A DNA stretch of 64,000 bases from an uncultured Clostridia bacterium (GCA_964453645.1 CAYVRJ010000002.1:25583-89582); one strand, 5' to 3'. Shown: positions 37,173 to 48,860, counted from the stretch's first letter. Numbers and translations are program-made. Notes: generated by a model not told the origin, from the sequence alone.

Positions 37173-38702
37173 ATGAGTTCAATTTTGATAGTAGACGATG
37201 AAGAACTTGTCAGAGGTGCCATTCTTGAAACCATAGACTTTGCGAAGATTGGGTTCCATCAGGTGTGGGAAGCAGAAGACGGTGAACTGGCATACGACAT
37301 CGTTTGCGAACGACATCCCGATATCGTTATGACGGATATCAGAATGCCCTTCATGGATGGACTGGAGCTAGCAGAAAAAATAAAAGAAAATTTCCCCAAC
37401 ACAAAGATCATCATCCTCACGGGCCATGATGAATTCGAATACGCTAAAAAGGCGTTAAAGTTGGGTGTATCTGATTATATCGTTAAGCCAATTAAACCAA
37501 ACGAGCTGACGGAACTGTTGTATGCATCGGCCCTTTCCCTGGAAGAGGAGCGGAGTGCACGGCTGGAACAAACTAAAATTAAACGTCAATTGAGAGAGAG
37601 CCTGCCACTCATGCAGGAACGAGCACTCAATGCCCTGCTGGCAGGGGATACCGAGGGTCTTGCACAAAAGCTGCAAAATGCAGACTTAGATATCTTAAAA
37701 AAGCAGAGTTATTGTCTTGCAGCCGTGGAGGCACAGCTTCGCAACCCCGAAGTGATGCGCATAGAGATTTCCCGCCTCATACCCGATCACTGTATTTTGT
37801 TTGCAGATGCCCAGCACAGGCAAATGCTGCTCTTTGTGGAGGAGTGCGATGAGCAAACAATTGCTGAAATCCTTGGCAATATTGTGGATCGGTTAACTGC
37901 AAAGGGTGTGGAAAATTGCAGGTGTGGTTTTTCACAAGTGGTGGACGATATCACAAAACTAAAAGATGCATACGAGGAGTGTTTGAGTGCCATTGGACAA
38001 GGGGTCACCAAAACATCTGGGGTATTCCGGTATGACGCTATGATTTCCCGGACAAGTTTTGTTTATCCCAAGGAGGAAGTGCTGTCGGTACTCAACGCCG
38101 TTGAGCTGAACCTTCCATATGCCTTACCTTTGAGCACACTCCACGAAACATTAGCCAATCAGCAGGGGGTAACCCTGTCTGAGCTTCGGTTGGTCTTTGC
38201 GGATGTTATCAACGGCATACATAAAATTTTGCTGAACTTTAAGTGTGAGATTCCCGAAGAGTTGAGGAAGTTGGAGACACCCCACTTTAAACTGCTCAAC
38301 TTAGACGACATGCAAGAAAAACTCAACGAAACACTGTCAACCGTATCTGAGCTCTTGGCAGACAACAAAATATCCAGAAAGAAAATGATCGTTGCGGGAG
38401 CAAAGCAATACATTCAAAATAATTTTGAAAACGCAGATCTCAGCTTAAACATGGTTGCCAAGGAAGTGTTTGTTTCCCCATCCTACTTGAGTATGTTGTT
38501 TAAGAGGGAGACGGAGGAGTCCTTTGTGGATTACTTGACGGCCGTGCGTATGGAGGCGGCCAAGCAGATCATTCGCAACAACGATTTAAAAACATATGAA
38601 GTTGCCCTCAAGGTGGGGTACCGGGACCCCCACTATTTTGGCGTGTCCTTCAAGAAATACACGGGTTCAACCCCCTCTGAATATAAGAAGTTGGAAGCAT
38701 GA
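37173..38702 (+). CDS. Response regulator with an AraC-type output domain (YesN-like)
   Basis: Receiver domain (ILIVDDE, MTDIRMP, KP) and a C-terminal AraC HTH (YRDPHYFGVSFKKYTG). Confidence 0.85.
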   Translation: MSSILIVDDEELVRGAILETIDFAKIGFHQVWEAEDGELAYDIVCERHPDIVMTDIRMPFMDGLELAEKIKENFPNTKIIILTGHDEFEYAKKALKLGVSDYIVKPIKPNELTELLYASALSLEEERSARLEQTKIKRQLRESLPLMQERALNALLAGDTEGLAQKLQNADLDILKKQSYCLAAVEAQLRNPEVMRIEISRLIPDHCILFADAQHRQMLLFVEECDEQTIAEILGNIVDRLTAKGVENCRCGFSQVVDDITKLKDAYEECLSAIGQGVTKTSGVFRYDAMISRTSFVYPKEEVLSVLNAVELNLPYALPLSTLHETLANQQGVTLSELRLVFADVINGIHKILLNFKCEIPEELRKLETPHFKLLNLDDMQEKLNETLSTVSELLADNKISRKKMIVAGAKQYIQNNFENADLSLNMVAKEVFVSPSYLSMLFKRETEESFVDYLTAVRMEAAKQIIRNNDLKTYEVALKVGYRDPHYFGVSFKKYTGSTPSEYKKLEA

Positions 38703-40501
38703 ACAAACGCAAACTGGAAGTGAGGATGGTCTTACAGACCTCGGGGTTAATTGTCTTGACACTGCTGATCGTCATGGGGATCGCACTGATTTCGTATTCA
38801 AGAATTAACGAAAACAGCCTGACCTCCCTGAACCGTCAGATTATCGACCAAGTGGCCACCAATGTGCAGACCTACATTGCGGATCTGCAGCGGGTGTCCA
38901 ATCTGTTAAACTACGATTTAAATACTCAAATGTATTTGAATTCCAAATGGAACACGGCATTTGAACGCACAGAGGTCACCCAAAAGACAGCAGAACTGTT
39001 GGAAAACATAAAACTGCTGCGCACAGATGTGTCGGCTCTCATTTTATTATCGGACAACGGAGACGTTCTAGCCAACGAGAGTGCAGGGGTGCTCAACCCC
39101 GACTACGATTTTTATTCCCAGCCCTTTTATGAGACTGCTGCCCGGGGCAGCTTAACCCTCTACCGACCTCACTTACAGACGTATTTCAACCAAAACAACC
39201 AGTTGGTGTTTAGTGTTGTCAAGGCCATCAACAGCTTTGACTCGGGAAATAAAAAGGGCGTTGTGCTCATGGATTTGAACATGAACAACCTGCGAACCAT
39301 TTGTTCCAATGTAAAACCCGGTCAAAAGGGATATGTGATGATTGTGGATACCGCTTCCAGTTATATCTTCCACCCCGAGTACGCGTATATTTACAAAACG
39401 GCAACGGGTTCTATCGAAAGCGAACACACCTTGGACGACGAGATTGTAACGCGAGTGGTCATGGATGGCGAAGTGTCCTTCACCAATGTTTCTCCCAACG
39501 GCAGGAATCAGTACATCACCTCAAAGGCGGTGGAGGGTACGGATTGGGTGATTATTGGGGTGTATCCGGCTGATGAGTTGTATTCCAAGCAGCAGAGTGC
39601 AGCGGCAATCATTGTGTTTGGCGGATTGATTTGCATTGCCCTGGGAGTGCTGGGCACCTTCTTTACGGCAGGTATGATCTTCAATCCCCTTCGTCGTCTC
39701 CAAAACAAGATGAGACTGGCAGAGGAGGGAGTTTTGGAAATTTCTCCCGAAGAAAACAGGGGAGACGAAATCGGTGAGCTCAACGAGAGCTACAACAGTA
39801 TGGTGGTGAGAATCAACGATTTAATTCAGACCACCATCAAGGATGAACAAGATAAGCGAAAGATTGAGCTCAGGTTATTGCAGGCCCAGATCAATCCCCA
39901 CTTCTTATACAACACCCTGGACTCTATCGTTTGGATGGCACAGACCAAGAGTGACGATGTCGCCATTATGGCCGATTCGCTGGCAAAGCTGTTTCGGTTG
40001 AGCTTAGCTAACGGCCGGGAGATCATCACCATTCGAGAGGAGTTGGAGCACGTTGCCCACTACCTCACCATTCAAAAAATGCGTTACTCGAAAAAGTTTG
40101 ATTACGAAATCGCCGTGGACGACGAGATTCTAGAAATGCAAACCTTGAAATTGACCTTGCAGCCAATCGTGGAAAATGCCCTATACCACGGGATCAAGCT
40201 CAAAAGGCAAAAGGGTATTATCTTAATTCACGGATTTATGCAGGGCAACGACATTATGCTCAGAGTGATGGACGACGGTCCCGGCATACCCAAAGAAAAG
40301 CTGGATACAATTTTACTCACCGAAAACGTCAGTGAAAAGCGTCTGGGGGGCATTGGCCTTAAAAATGTAAACGAACGGATACGGATTTACTACGGACCCA
40401 AATACGGTTTGACATTTAGCAGTGAAGTGGATGTGGGCACTGTAGTGGAAATTTTGATTCCTGCGAAAAAGTATACGGAGGGTAGCAATGCGGCTCTATA
40501 A
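38699..40501 (+). CDS. Sensor histidine kinase (YesM-like: extracellular sensor, HAMP, His_kinase, HATPase)
   Basis: Two TM helices flank a ~270-aa extracytoplasmic domain. H-box LQAQINPHFLYNTL. ATPase motifs (NALYHG, DDGPGI, GIGLKN). ATGA overlap with the regulator gene. Confidence 0.85.
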   Translation: MNKRKLEVRMVLQTSGLIVLTLLIVMGIALISYSRINENSLTSLNRQIIDQVATNVQTYIADLQRVSNLLNYDLNTQMYLNSKWNTAFERTEVTQKTAELLENIKLLRTDVSALILLSDNGDVLANESAGVLNPDYDFYSQPFYETAARGSLTLYRPHLQTYFNQNNQLVFSVVKAINSFDSGNKKGVVLMDLNMNNLRTICSNVKPGQKGYVMIVDTASSYIFHPEYAYIYKTATGSIESEHTLDDEIVTRVVMDGEVSFTNVSPNGRNQYITSKAVEGTDWVIIGVYPADELYSKQQSAAAIIVFGGLICIALGVLGTFFTAGMIFNPLRRLQNKMRLAEEGVLEISPEENRGDEIGELNESYNSMVVRINDLIQTTIKDEQDKRKIELRLLQAQINPHFLYNTLDSIVWMAQTKSDDVAIMADSLAKLFRLSLANGREIITIREELEHVAHYLTIQKMRYSKKFDYEIAVDDEILEMQTLKLTLQPIVENALYHGIKLKRQKGIILIHGFMQGNDIMLRVMDDGPGIPKEKLDTILLTENVSEKRLGGIGLKNVNERIRIYYGPKYGLTFSSEVDVGTVVEILIPAKKYTEGSNAAL

Positions 40502-41186
40502 AATACTCACACTTAGTATATTTGTTGCAGTGGTATTGTTTCTGGCCATGTTCACCTATCTCATTACTACCATAGATGAAAAAGGACCTGAAGTGATGGA
40601 TGGCGCTCCAACTCCTGAAATTAAAACCGTTTGTTATTTGGGCAACGATTTGTCCGATAAAGATGAGTATGATTTAATGAAAAAGCTTCGCCGCAAGTTT
40701 GCAAGGGAACAGGATGTTGGGTTTGCAGTGCTGGACGGTGAGGGAGATGCAACAAAACAGTTGGAGCTCTTTAAACAAATTGAAGCACAGTCGGACATCG
40801 TCATTGTGAACCCCATCCATCAAGAAAATTTTCAAAATACCACTGCGCAACTGATCGTTGTTGGGGATATTCAAACCAATGTTTTATCCGTTGCCTTTTC
40901 CAAGCAGGATATCGAAGCCATCAAACGGGATAAAAACAGCAAGCACTTTGTTGAAAGCATCGGAGAAGTGAGAACTTTAAATGCCCAGGGCATTCGAGAT
41001 ATTTTACTGATGTCCAGCGACTTACAGAGTTTGGGGCTCCTTGCAGATGGGAGCATTGATGGGTTGATTTTCTTGGATAACACACAACTTGCTGAGGAAA
41101 TACTCTTGTACGCAAAAGAAATGTTAACCGGTGCACCCAGTGGGGGTGCGGTCAGGCTGTCTCCCCAATATATGGAGGAACCGTGA
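40488..41186 (+). CDS. Membrane-anchored, short type-I periplasmic-binding-protein-like protein
   Basis: N-terminal TM helix. The FAVLDGEGDATKQLELFKQIEAQSDIVIVNP pattern resembles the first lobe of sugar-binding PBPs. It is shorter than full PBPs. Confidence 0.4.
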   Translation: MRLYKILTLSIFVAVVLFLAMFTYLITTIDEKGPEVMDGAPTPEIKTVCYLGNDLSDKDEYDLMKKLRRKFAREQDVGFAVLDGEGDATKQLELFKQIEAQSDIVIVNPIHQENFQNTTAQLIVVGDIQTNVLSVAFSKQDIEAIKRDKNSKHFVESIGEVRTLNAQGIRDILLMSSDLQSLGLLADGSIDGLIFLDNTQLAEEILLYAKEMLTGAPSGGAVRLSPQYMEEP

Positions 41187-42664
41187 TGCTGCGAAGGGAT
41201 ACGGAACACGTACATGCTTTCCACATAAGTGATGTTTACGTACAGACGAGAGAGGTGTTTTCGGAGCGAAAGCTTTTGTATGTGGAAACCACCTTGTCTG
41301 GGGCACTCAACGTGGGTAAGTTGGAATTTACCCTGCTCAACGCACAGGGTATTGATTTGGACGACTTTAGCTGTGAGTTAAACGGCAAGCAGCGCATCGA
41401 TGTGGTTCACGGGGTGTACGACGTCTGCCTTTGGGAGCTTCAAACACCAACTCTCTACACCTTAAAAATAGAATTGAAATATCGTGCAGAAGTGTACGAT
41501 ACGGTGTATTTAGACTTTGGCTTTAAGTATTCAGAATTTAGATACGAAGGTTTTTATTTAAACGGCAATAAGTTTAAACTCTTGGGGGCACTCATCGACG
41601 ACACGCCCCGGGAGTTAGACAAATGGATAGAACTGGCGGATACCTTGAAAAACAAGCTCTTTATGAACCTTGCCGTGCTGAGTTGTCCCGCACCCGAGGT
41701 TTTTCTCAAGCGATGTGATCAAATTGGGTTGATGGTCTTTGAAGGGTTGAATCTGCCCATAGAAACGGGAAAGGAAAAGGACGATTATTTAGAAAAACTA
41801 AGAGAAATGATCGTAAATCACAGAAATCACGTGAGTTTGGTGCTGCTGGGGATCCGCCCTATGAATGTACCCGATTGTGATTCCTTTTTTGTACAAACCC
41901 TTGCCCTTGCAAACCAACTCTCAAACCTGCAAACAGCCGGTATACGAAACGTTCAGAAGAGTAACTTGTTGGAGGATGTGTACGTCTACTATGAGTACGT
42001 TTCGGGCAACAAGAGCATAAAACCCAAGGCTGCCATGGGCAGAGAAGCACCTTATCTGGCAATTGCCCACACCGATGGGGAATTTATAAGCCACGCCCGG
42101 GCGATTGGCTGTGCTTTTGGGAATTTTAACACCTGCGGTATCGTTGCCCATTCATTAAAAGATCTCCTCAACGACGACTTATCGCTGCAACCCACAGCAT
42201 ATGTCTATGCTTCGCAGGAGAGCGATCAGCCGATGATGTCGCTCATAGAACCCCTTTCCACCCCTCCGGCTTATGTGTTTACAAACATGAGCAGAATTGA
42301 ACTGTACGCCCATGAAAAACTGATCAAAGAGTTTTACAAAGACAACAAGGCATTGAGATATATGCACAATCCTCCCATTGTGATTGATGATTTTTTAGGA
42401 GATACTTTACTTCATCAAGAAAAGATGATGTCACTGACATCTTGGTTATTAAAAAAATATTTTATAAAACAGAGCAAATTTACGGGTTTTTTACTAAATA
42501 TCTTGGGGGTTCGCCCCTCTAAGTTGAGTGAGCTAAAAATTAAATATGGCCAAGCTTTTCATGAAGGAGTTGAGCAGTATTTACTCAAGGGATTTGATGC
42601 ACAGGGAGTGGAGCGAATCCAATTATTAACATCTGTTGACAATGTGGAGTATAAAACATTATAA
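41183..42664 (+). CDS. GH2-like protein lacking the N-terminal sugar-binding domain and the NE acid/base motif
   Basis: W.L..P.LY..K..L, FGF+..E, G.F.LNG.+..L.G and NHRNH blocks resemble the GH2 Ig-like and TIM regions. LLGIRP replaces W(S)LGNE. Confidence 0.45.
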   Translation: MMLRRDTEHVHAFHISDVYVQTREVFSERKLLYVETTLSGALNVGKLEFTLLNAQGIDLDDFSCELNGKQRIDVVHGVYDVCLWELQTPTLYTLKIELKYRAEVYDTVYLDFGFKYSEFRYEGFYLNGNKFKLLGALIDDTPRELDKWIELADTLKNKLFMNLAVLSCPAPEVFLKRCDQIGLMVFEGLNLPIETGKEKDDYLEKLREMIVNHRNHVSLVLLGIRPMNVPDCDSFFVQTLALANQLSNLQTAGIRNVQKSNLLEDVYVYYEYVSGNKSIKPKAAMGREAPYLAIAHTDGEFISHARAIGCAFGNFNTCGIVAHSLKDLLNDDLSLQPTAYVYASQESDQPMMSLIEPLSTPPAYVFTNMSRIELYAHEKLIKEFYKDNKALRYMHNPPIVIDDFLGDTLLHQEKMMSLTSWLLKKYFIKQSKFTGFLLNILGVRPSKLSELKIKYGQAFHEGVEQYLLKGFDAQGVERIQLLTSVDNVEYKTL

Positions 42665-42688
42665 TTTTATTGAGGTTTTAATATATCT

Positions 42689-43279
42689 ATGAATTTTTTT
42701 GATATACTGGTTCTGGCGCTGCCTGAAGTAGACGAATTTACTTTAAAAAGTGCACGACATGGTGACAAGCGGGCAATTGAGGAACTGCTGTCGTTTTATG
42801 AAAAAAAGGTATACAACATATCTTTAAAACTGCTGCAAAATGCACACGATGCTTCGGATTGTGCCCAAGAATCGCTGATTAAAGTGTTTAACTCCTTGGG
42901 AAAGTTTAAAGGAGATGCTTCCTTTTCGTCGTGGGTATATCGGATCACAGCGAATACGGCAACGGATTTTTTGCGCAAGCGGACAAGGCTGCAAGCGGTG
43001 TCCCTTTCGGAAAGTGAAGAGGATGGTTTTTACATTAAAGATATAGATCCCGCAAGTTCTCCAGAAGAGATGTTAAAAAACACTCAACTGTCTTCGGCTA
43101 TCATGAACGCCATCACATCCCTGCCCGACGAGCAAAAGAAAGTCATCATACTGTGCGACGTGGAAGGGTTTGCCTACGACGAAATTGCAGACATCTTGCA
43201 AGTATCAATTGGAACTGTGAAATCAAGAATTTTTCGTGGGCGTGAAAAACTTAAAGTTCTTTTAAGAGATATTGTTTGA
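42689..43279 (+). CDS. ECF-type RNA polymerase sigma factor
   Basis: Region 2 (DCAQESLIKVF...FSSWVYRITAN) and region 4 (GFAYDEIADILQVSIGTVKSRIFRGREKL). Confidence 0.85.
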   Translation: MNFFDILVLALPEVDEFTLKSARHGDKRAIEELLSFYEKKVYNISLKLLQNAHDASDCAQESLIKVFNSLGKFKGDASFSSWVYRITANTATDFLRKRTRLQAVSLSESEEDGFYIKDIDPASSPEEMLKNTQLSSAIMNAITSLPDEQKKVIILCDVEGFAYDEIADILQVSIGTVKSRIFRGREKLKVLLRDIV

Positions 43280-43342
43280 TTAATTGGAACATTTTAAAAA
43301 CGCAAACGTCTTAATACAAAGACTGTATGGAGGTTTTTGAAA

Positions 43343-44353
43343 ATGAATAAACGTTTGATTGTATTTTTCTCAATAATAACGGTTGCGATGCTTCTGTTTG
43401 GCTGTTCAGTGGGGCAAATTGCCGAAACTGCACCGGCAGCACCACCCCAGGCACCCATGGCTGCGCCGGATATGGGTTATGATGCAGGGTATAGTTATGA
43501 AAACTTTGGCACAACGGATAAGGAGAGCCTTGCAGATAAAGAGATTGCCGGAGCGGGATCTGCATCGTCCAGCGGTGGGGCAAAGGTGGAACTCATTGTT
43601 CCCGATACCAACCGCAAGATCATTTTAACCCAATCCTTGGGTATTCAAACCAAAAACTATGATGATGATAAAAATAAGATTGTTGAATCACTCAAGCTGT
43701 ACAACGGTTTTATCCAGTATTCCAATGAATCGGGAACAAAACCTCAAAATATGTACGACTCTGGAAGAGTGGCCAGTTTTGCTTTTCGCGTTCCCCAGCA
43801 AAATGCAGAGGGGTTTGTCGCCAGCTTAAACGGCGTGGGAGAGATCATTTATTCCAATTCGTCGGGGCAGGATGTCACCCAGCAGTATACAGATATTGAA
43901 CTTCGTTTAAAAACCTTGGAGACTCGCTACGACAGGCTGTTGTCCCTCTTAAACAAGGCGGAGCGGTTAGAGGACGTTGCACTGCTAGAAGCGGAGATTG
44001 GCAATGTTACCTATGAAATCGAAAGCTTAAAGGGACAGCAAAGAGGACTGGATGATTTAATACAATATGTAACGGTAAACGTAGAGCTGATGGAAGTAAA
44101 CACCATTGCTGGTGCAATGAACACCAACGAAAACGATACCTTTGATGAAAAACTTTCCAAGAGCTTTTATAGTGTATTAAACGGATTTATCAGCTTCCTG
44201 GAGGGTTTTGCAATCGCCATCATTTCCATACTGCCCGTCATCATCCCCTTGGGTGCTATTGCATGGGGTATTGTATGGATTGTAAAAGTCAATAAAAAGC
44301 GTAAACAACAAAGAAAGCAGCTTCTTGAAGCAAGCAAAAACGAGGAGAAATAA
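43343..44353 (+). CDS. DUF4349-domain lipoprotein
   Basis: GGAGG lies 9 nt before the ATG at 43343. Lipobox LFGC. A coiled-coil (TDIELRLKTLETRYDRLL...IESLKGQ) and C-terminal TM helices are typical of DUF4349. Confidence 0.7.
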   Translation: MNKRLIVFFSIITVAMLLFGCSVGQIAETAPAAPPQAPMAAPDMGYDAGYSYENFGTTDKESLADKEIAGAGSASSSGGAKVELIVPDTNRKIILTQSLGIQTKNYDDDKNKIVESLKLYNGFIQYSNESGTKPQNMYDSGRVASFAFRVPQQNAEGFVASLNGVGEIIYSNSSGQDVTQQYTDIELRLKTLETRYDRLLSLLNKAERLEDVALLEAEIGNVTYEIESLKGQQRGLDDLIQYVTVNVELMEVNTIAGAMNTNENDTFDEKLSKSFYSVLNGFISFLEGFAIAIISILPVIIPLGAIAWGIVWIVKVNKKRKQQRKQLLEASKNEEK

Positions 44354-44354
44354 A

Positions 44355-45152
44355 ATGAAAAAGGTGATATTTGCGCTGTTGCTCATTATTGTAACGTTCA
44401 GTTTCTTGGCATGTGTTCCCGAAAACGCACCTGCTACAGCACAGCTCAATTTGAGCGAAAAGACGGGAGAATATAAATTAATCGTGGAGACACCCAACAA
44501 TGCAACCACCAGTAAAAATACAGTTGTTGCACAAGCGGAGGGGGAGTTCAAGATTATGCCCGACATTGCATATATCACCGCAGGTGTGACGTCCAACGGC
44601 AAGAAGCAAGCAGATGTGGACAAAGAAAACCGCAAAAAGATTGACAGCTTGATGAATGCCCTAGAGGAAAACGGCATTCAGGAAAAGGACATTCGCACCA
44701 TTTCATACAACGTCTTTCCCATTCGGGATTACGAATCTACCACCAACAAAATTGTTGGGTACGAGGTGCAAAACTATATTGAAATTACCTTAAAAGATAT
44801 TTCAAAAGTGGGAGATATATTGGACGTATGCGCACAAGCGGGAGCAAACGACACAGGCAGCGTGCGGTTCGACGTTTCGGACAAAGAGAGTGCTAAAAAC
44901 GAAGCCTTAAAAGTTGCGGTTGAAAACGCAAAGGCAAAGGCGGAATTGATGGCCTCTGCCGCAGGGGTAGGCATTGGGGATATTTTAAACATTACCCAAG
45001 AATATAGTTCCAGCAACGAATACAACCGGTATTATGCCGAACAGCCTGCTGCCCCCGCCATGAAAGACGAGAGCACCCCTGCAACCAGTATTTCGGCAGG
45101 AGACATCACCTTTCGTGCAAATGCAGTGATCACTTTTGAAATACAAAAATAA
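44355..45152 (+). CDS. SIMPL (DUF541) domain lipoprotein
   Basis: AGGAG RBS. Lipobox FLAC. Family-like blocks (GYEV.N.I.I.L.D, A.A.A..LA.AAG). Confidence 0.7.
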   Translation: MKKVIFALLLIIVTFSFLACVPENAPATAQLNLSEKTGEYKLIVETPNNATTSKNTVVAQAEGEFKIMPDIAYITAGVTSNGKKQADVDKENRKKIDSLMNALEENGIQEKDIRTISYNVFPIRDYESTTNKIVGYEVQNYIEITLKDISKVGDILDVCAQAGANDTGSVRFDVSDKESAKNEALKVAVENAKAKAELMASAAGVGIGDILNITQEYSSSNEYNRYYAEQPAAPAMKDESTPATSISAGDITFRANAVITFEIQK

Positions 45153-45169
45153 ATATTGAAACCATTGAG

Positions 45170-45222
45170 TATACCAGAAAATGTGCTGAAAAAACTAATT
45201 TTTTTAAGACTTTTCTGGTATA
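45170..45222. repeat. Perfect 12-bp inverted repeat spanning the pyk -10 region
   Basis: TATACCAGAAAA at 45170-45181 and TTTTCTGGTATA at 45211-45222. The right arm overlaps the extended -10 TGgTATAAT (45216-45224). Confidence 0.4.
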
Positions 45223-45252
45223 ATTAGTATAAGACCACAAAGGAGAAACAAT

Positions 45253-46683
45253 ATGCGCAAAACAAAAATAGTTTGCACCATTGGGCCTGCGAGCCGGAAT
45301 GAAAACACCATAGAGCAGATGATTGCAGAGGGAATGAGTGTTGCACGGCTCAACTTTTCTCACGGCACCCACGAGTATCACAAGGAAACCATTGATCTTT
45401 TAAAAAAAGTGCGGAGCAAGCTGGGGGTTGCTTTGGCCATTATGCTGGACACAAAGGGGCCTGAAATACGGCTTAAGAACTTTTTAAACGGGGAAGCACA
45501 CATTCACGAAAATGAGCAGTTCACCCTCACCATTCGAGATGTAGAGGGTGATGAAACGTTAGCATCCATTACGTATCAAGATTTACCCAAGCAATTGCAG
45601 CCTGGAAACACCGTTTTGGTGGACGATGGAAATATTGAACTGTGTGTTGAGTCTTGTAATGAAACGGATATTGTCTGCAAGGTGATACGGGGCGGAAGAG
45701 TTTCCAACCACAAGGGGGTCAATGTACCTAGCGTACATCTGGACATGCAGCACATGAGTGAAGGGGACAAACAGGACATTCTCTTTGGCGTGGAAAACGA
45801 TGTGGACTTTATTGCTGCTTCTTTCGTTCGCTGTTGTGAAGATATCATCAAAATGAGAAAATTTGTGGATTATCACGGTGGCCACGATATTCTGCTGATC
45901 TCAAAAATAGAAAATATTGAGGGTATCCAAAACTTTGACGAAATTTTAAAGCATTCAGACGGAATTATGGTCGCACGAGGGGATATGGGGGTTGAGGTGG
46001 AGTACGAACGCTTGCCGGGATTGCAGAAGCAGTTTATAAAGAAGTGCTATCAGTCGGGTAAGATTGTCATCACCGCCACCCAAATGCTGGAGTCCATGAT
46101 AGAACATCAAAACCCCACCCGGGCAGAGATTACGGATGTTGCCAATGCAGTGTTTGACGGCACTTCGGCTGTGATGCTCTCGGGAGAGACGGCTATGGGA
46201 AAATATCCCTTGCAGGCTGTAAAGACAATGGCAAAAATTGCAGAGCAGGCCGAACGAGATGCTTTTGCCATGGACGTATACAAAGGCATTGGGCATGAGA
46301 TGGACGCAACAAACACCACCAATGCTGTGTGTGATGCTGCCTGTACGACGGCCAGAGATATTCACGCAAAGGCTATTATTGCCCTCACAAAACATGGTCA
46401 AACGGCCAAATTAACATCAAAATTTCGGCCCTACGAGCCTATTGTTGCGGCAACGCCATTGGAAAAGACCTATCATCAGTTGGCCATGTCGTGGGGGGTC
46501 TACCCTGTGATGGCACAAAATCAAAATGACACCACAAAACTGTTTTTGCACGCAGTGGATTGCGCCAAGCAGATCGATGTAGTGGGCAACGGGGACAAGG
46601 TTGTTATTGTTGCGGGTATCCCCCTAGATATTTCGGGTAACACCAATATCATTAAAGTGGAAACTGTGGGAAACAAAATCTAG
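45253..46683 (+). CDS. pyk: Pyruvate kinase
   Basis: MRKTKIVCTIGPAS, MVARGDMGVE and other canonical PK blocks. 476 aa with no PEP-utiliser extension. Confidence 0.95.
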   Translation: MRKTKIVCTIGPASRNENTIEQMIAEGMSVARLNFSHGTHEYHKETIDLLKKVRSKLGVALAIMLDTKGPEIRLKNFLNGEAHIHENEQFTLTIRDVEGDETLASITYQDLPKQLQPGNTVLVDDGNIELCVESCNETDIVCKVIRGGRVSNHKGVNVPSVHLDMQHMSEGDKQDILFGVENDVDFIAASFVRCCEDIIKMRKFVDYHGGHDILLISKIENIEGIQNFDEILKHSDGIMVARGDMGVEVEYERLPGLQKQFIKKCYQSGKIVITATQMLESMIEHQNPTRAEITDVANAVFDGTSAVMLSGETAMGKYPLQAVKTMAKIAEQAERDAFAMDVYKGIGHEMDATNTTNAVCDAACTTARDIHAKAIIALTKHGQTAKLTSKFRPYEPIVAATPLEKTYHQLAMSWGVYPVMAQNQNDTTKLFLHAVDCAKQIDVVGNGDKVVIVAGIPLDISGNTNIIKVETVGNKI

Positions 46684-46711
46684 TTTATTATTTTCTAAGT
46701 TTAAACATATA

Positions 46712-46747
46712 CAAAGGAACCACTTGTTGTGCACAAGTGGTTCTTTG
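46712..46747. terminator. Bidirectional intrinsic terminator between pyk and groEL
   Basis: CAAAGGAACCACTTGT/ACAAGTGGTTCTTTG stem with a 5-nt loop. A-rich on the 5' side and T-rich on the 3' side. Confidence 0.7.
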
Positions 46748-46768
46748 TTTGTTCTATGTAAGAATATC

Positions 46769-48415
<1,647 letters not shown>

Positions 48416-48419
48416 TTAA

Positions 48420-48731
<312 letters not shown>

Positions 48732-48744
48732 TTACCTTTGTTTA

Positions 48745-48771
48745 TTAGCACTCGTTATGGGTGAGTGCTAA
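48745..48771. promoter_or_regulatory. CIRCE operator (HrcA binding site)
   Basis: Perfect TTAGCACTC-N9-GAGTGCTAA between the groES promoter and its RBS. Confidence 0.9.
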
Positions 48772-48778
48772 CATGATT

Positions 48779-48807
48779 AATTTAACACCTTTTTCCCCAT
48801 TAGTCAA
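48779..48807 (-). promoter_or_regulatory. groESL sigma-A promoter
   Basis: On the minus strand, TTGACT is at 48807-48802, followed by a 17-nt spacer and TAAATT at 48784-48779. It lies immediately upstream of CIRCE. Confidence 0.6.
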
Positions 48808-48831
48808 TACTTTTTTTAAATTTTTTAAAAG

Positions 48832-48860
48832 TTGTAATTTAATTTTAAAACCATTATAAT
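48832..48860 (+). promoter_or_regulatory. Promoter of the toxin-antitoxin (and possibly dnaE) transcript
   Basis: TTGTAA at 48832-48837, 17-nt spacer, TATAAT at 48855-48860. Confidence 0.5.
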
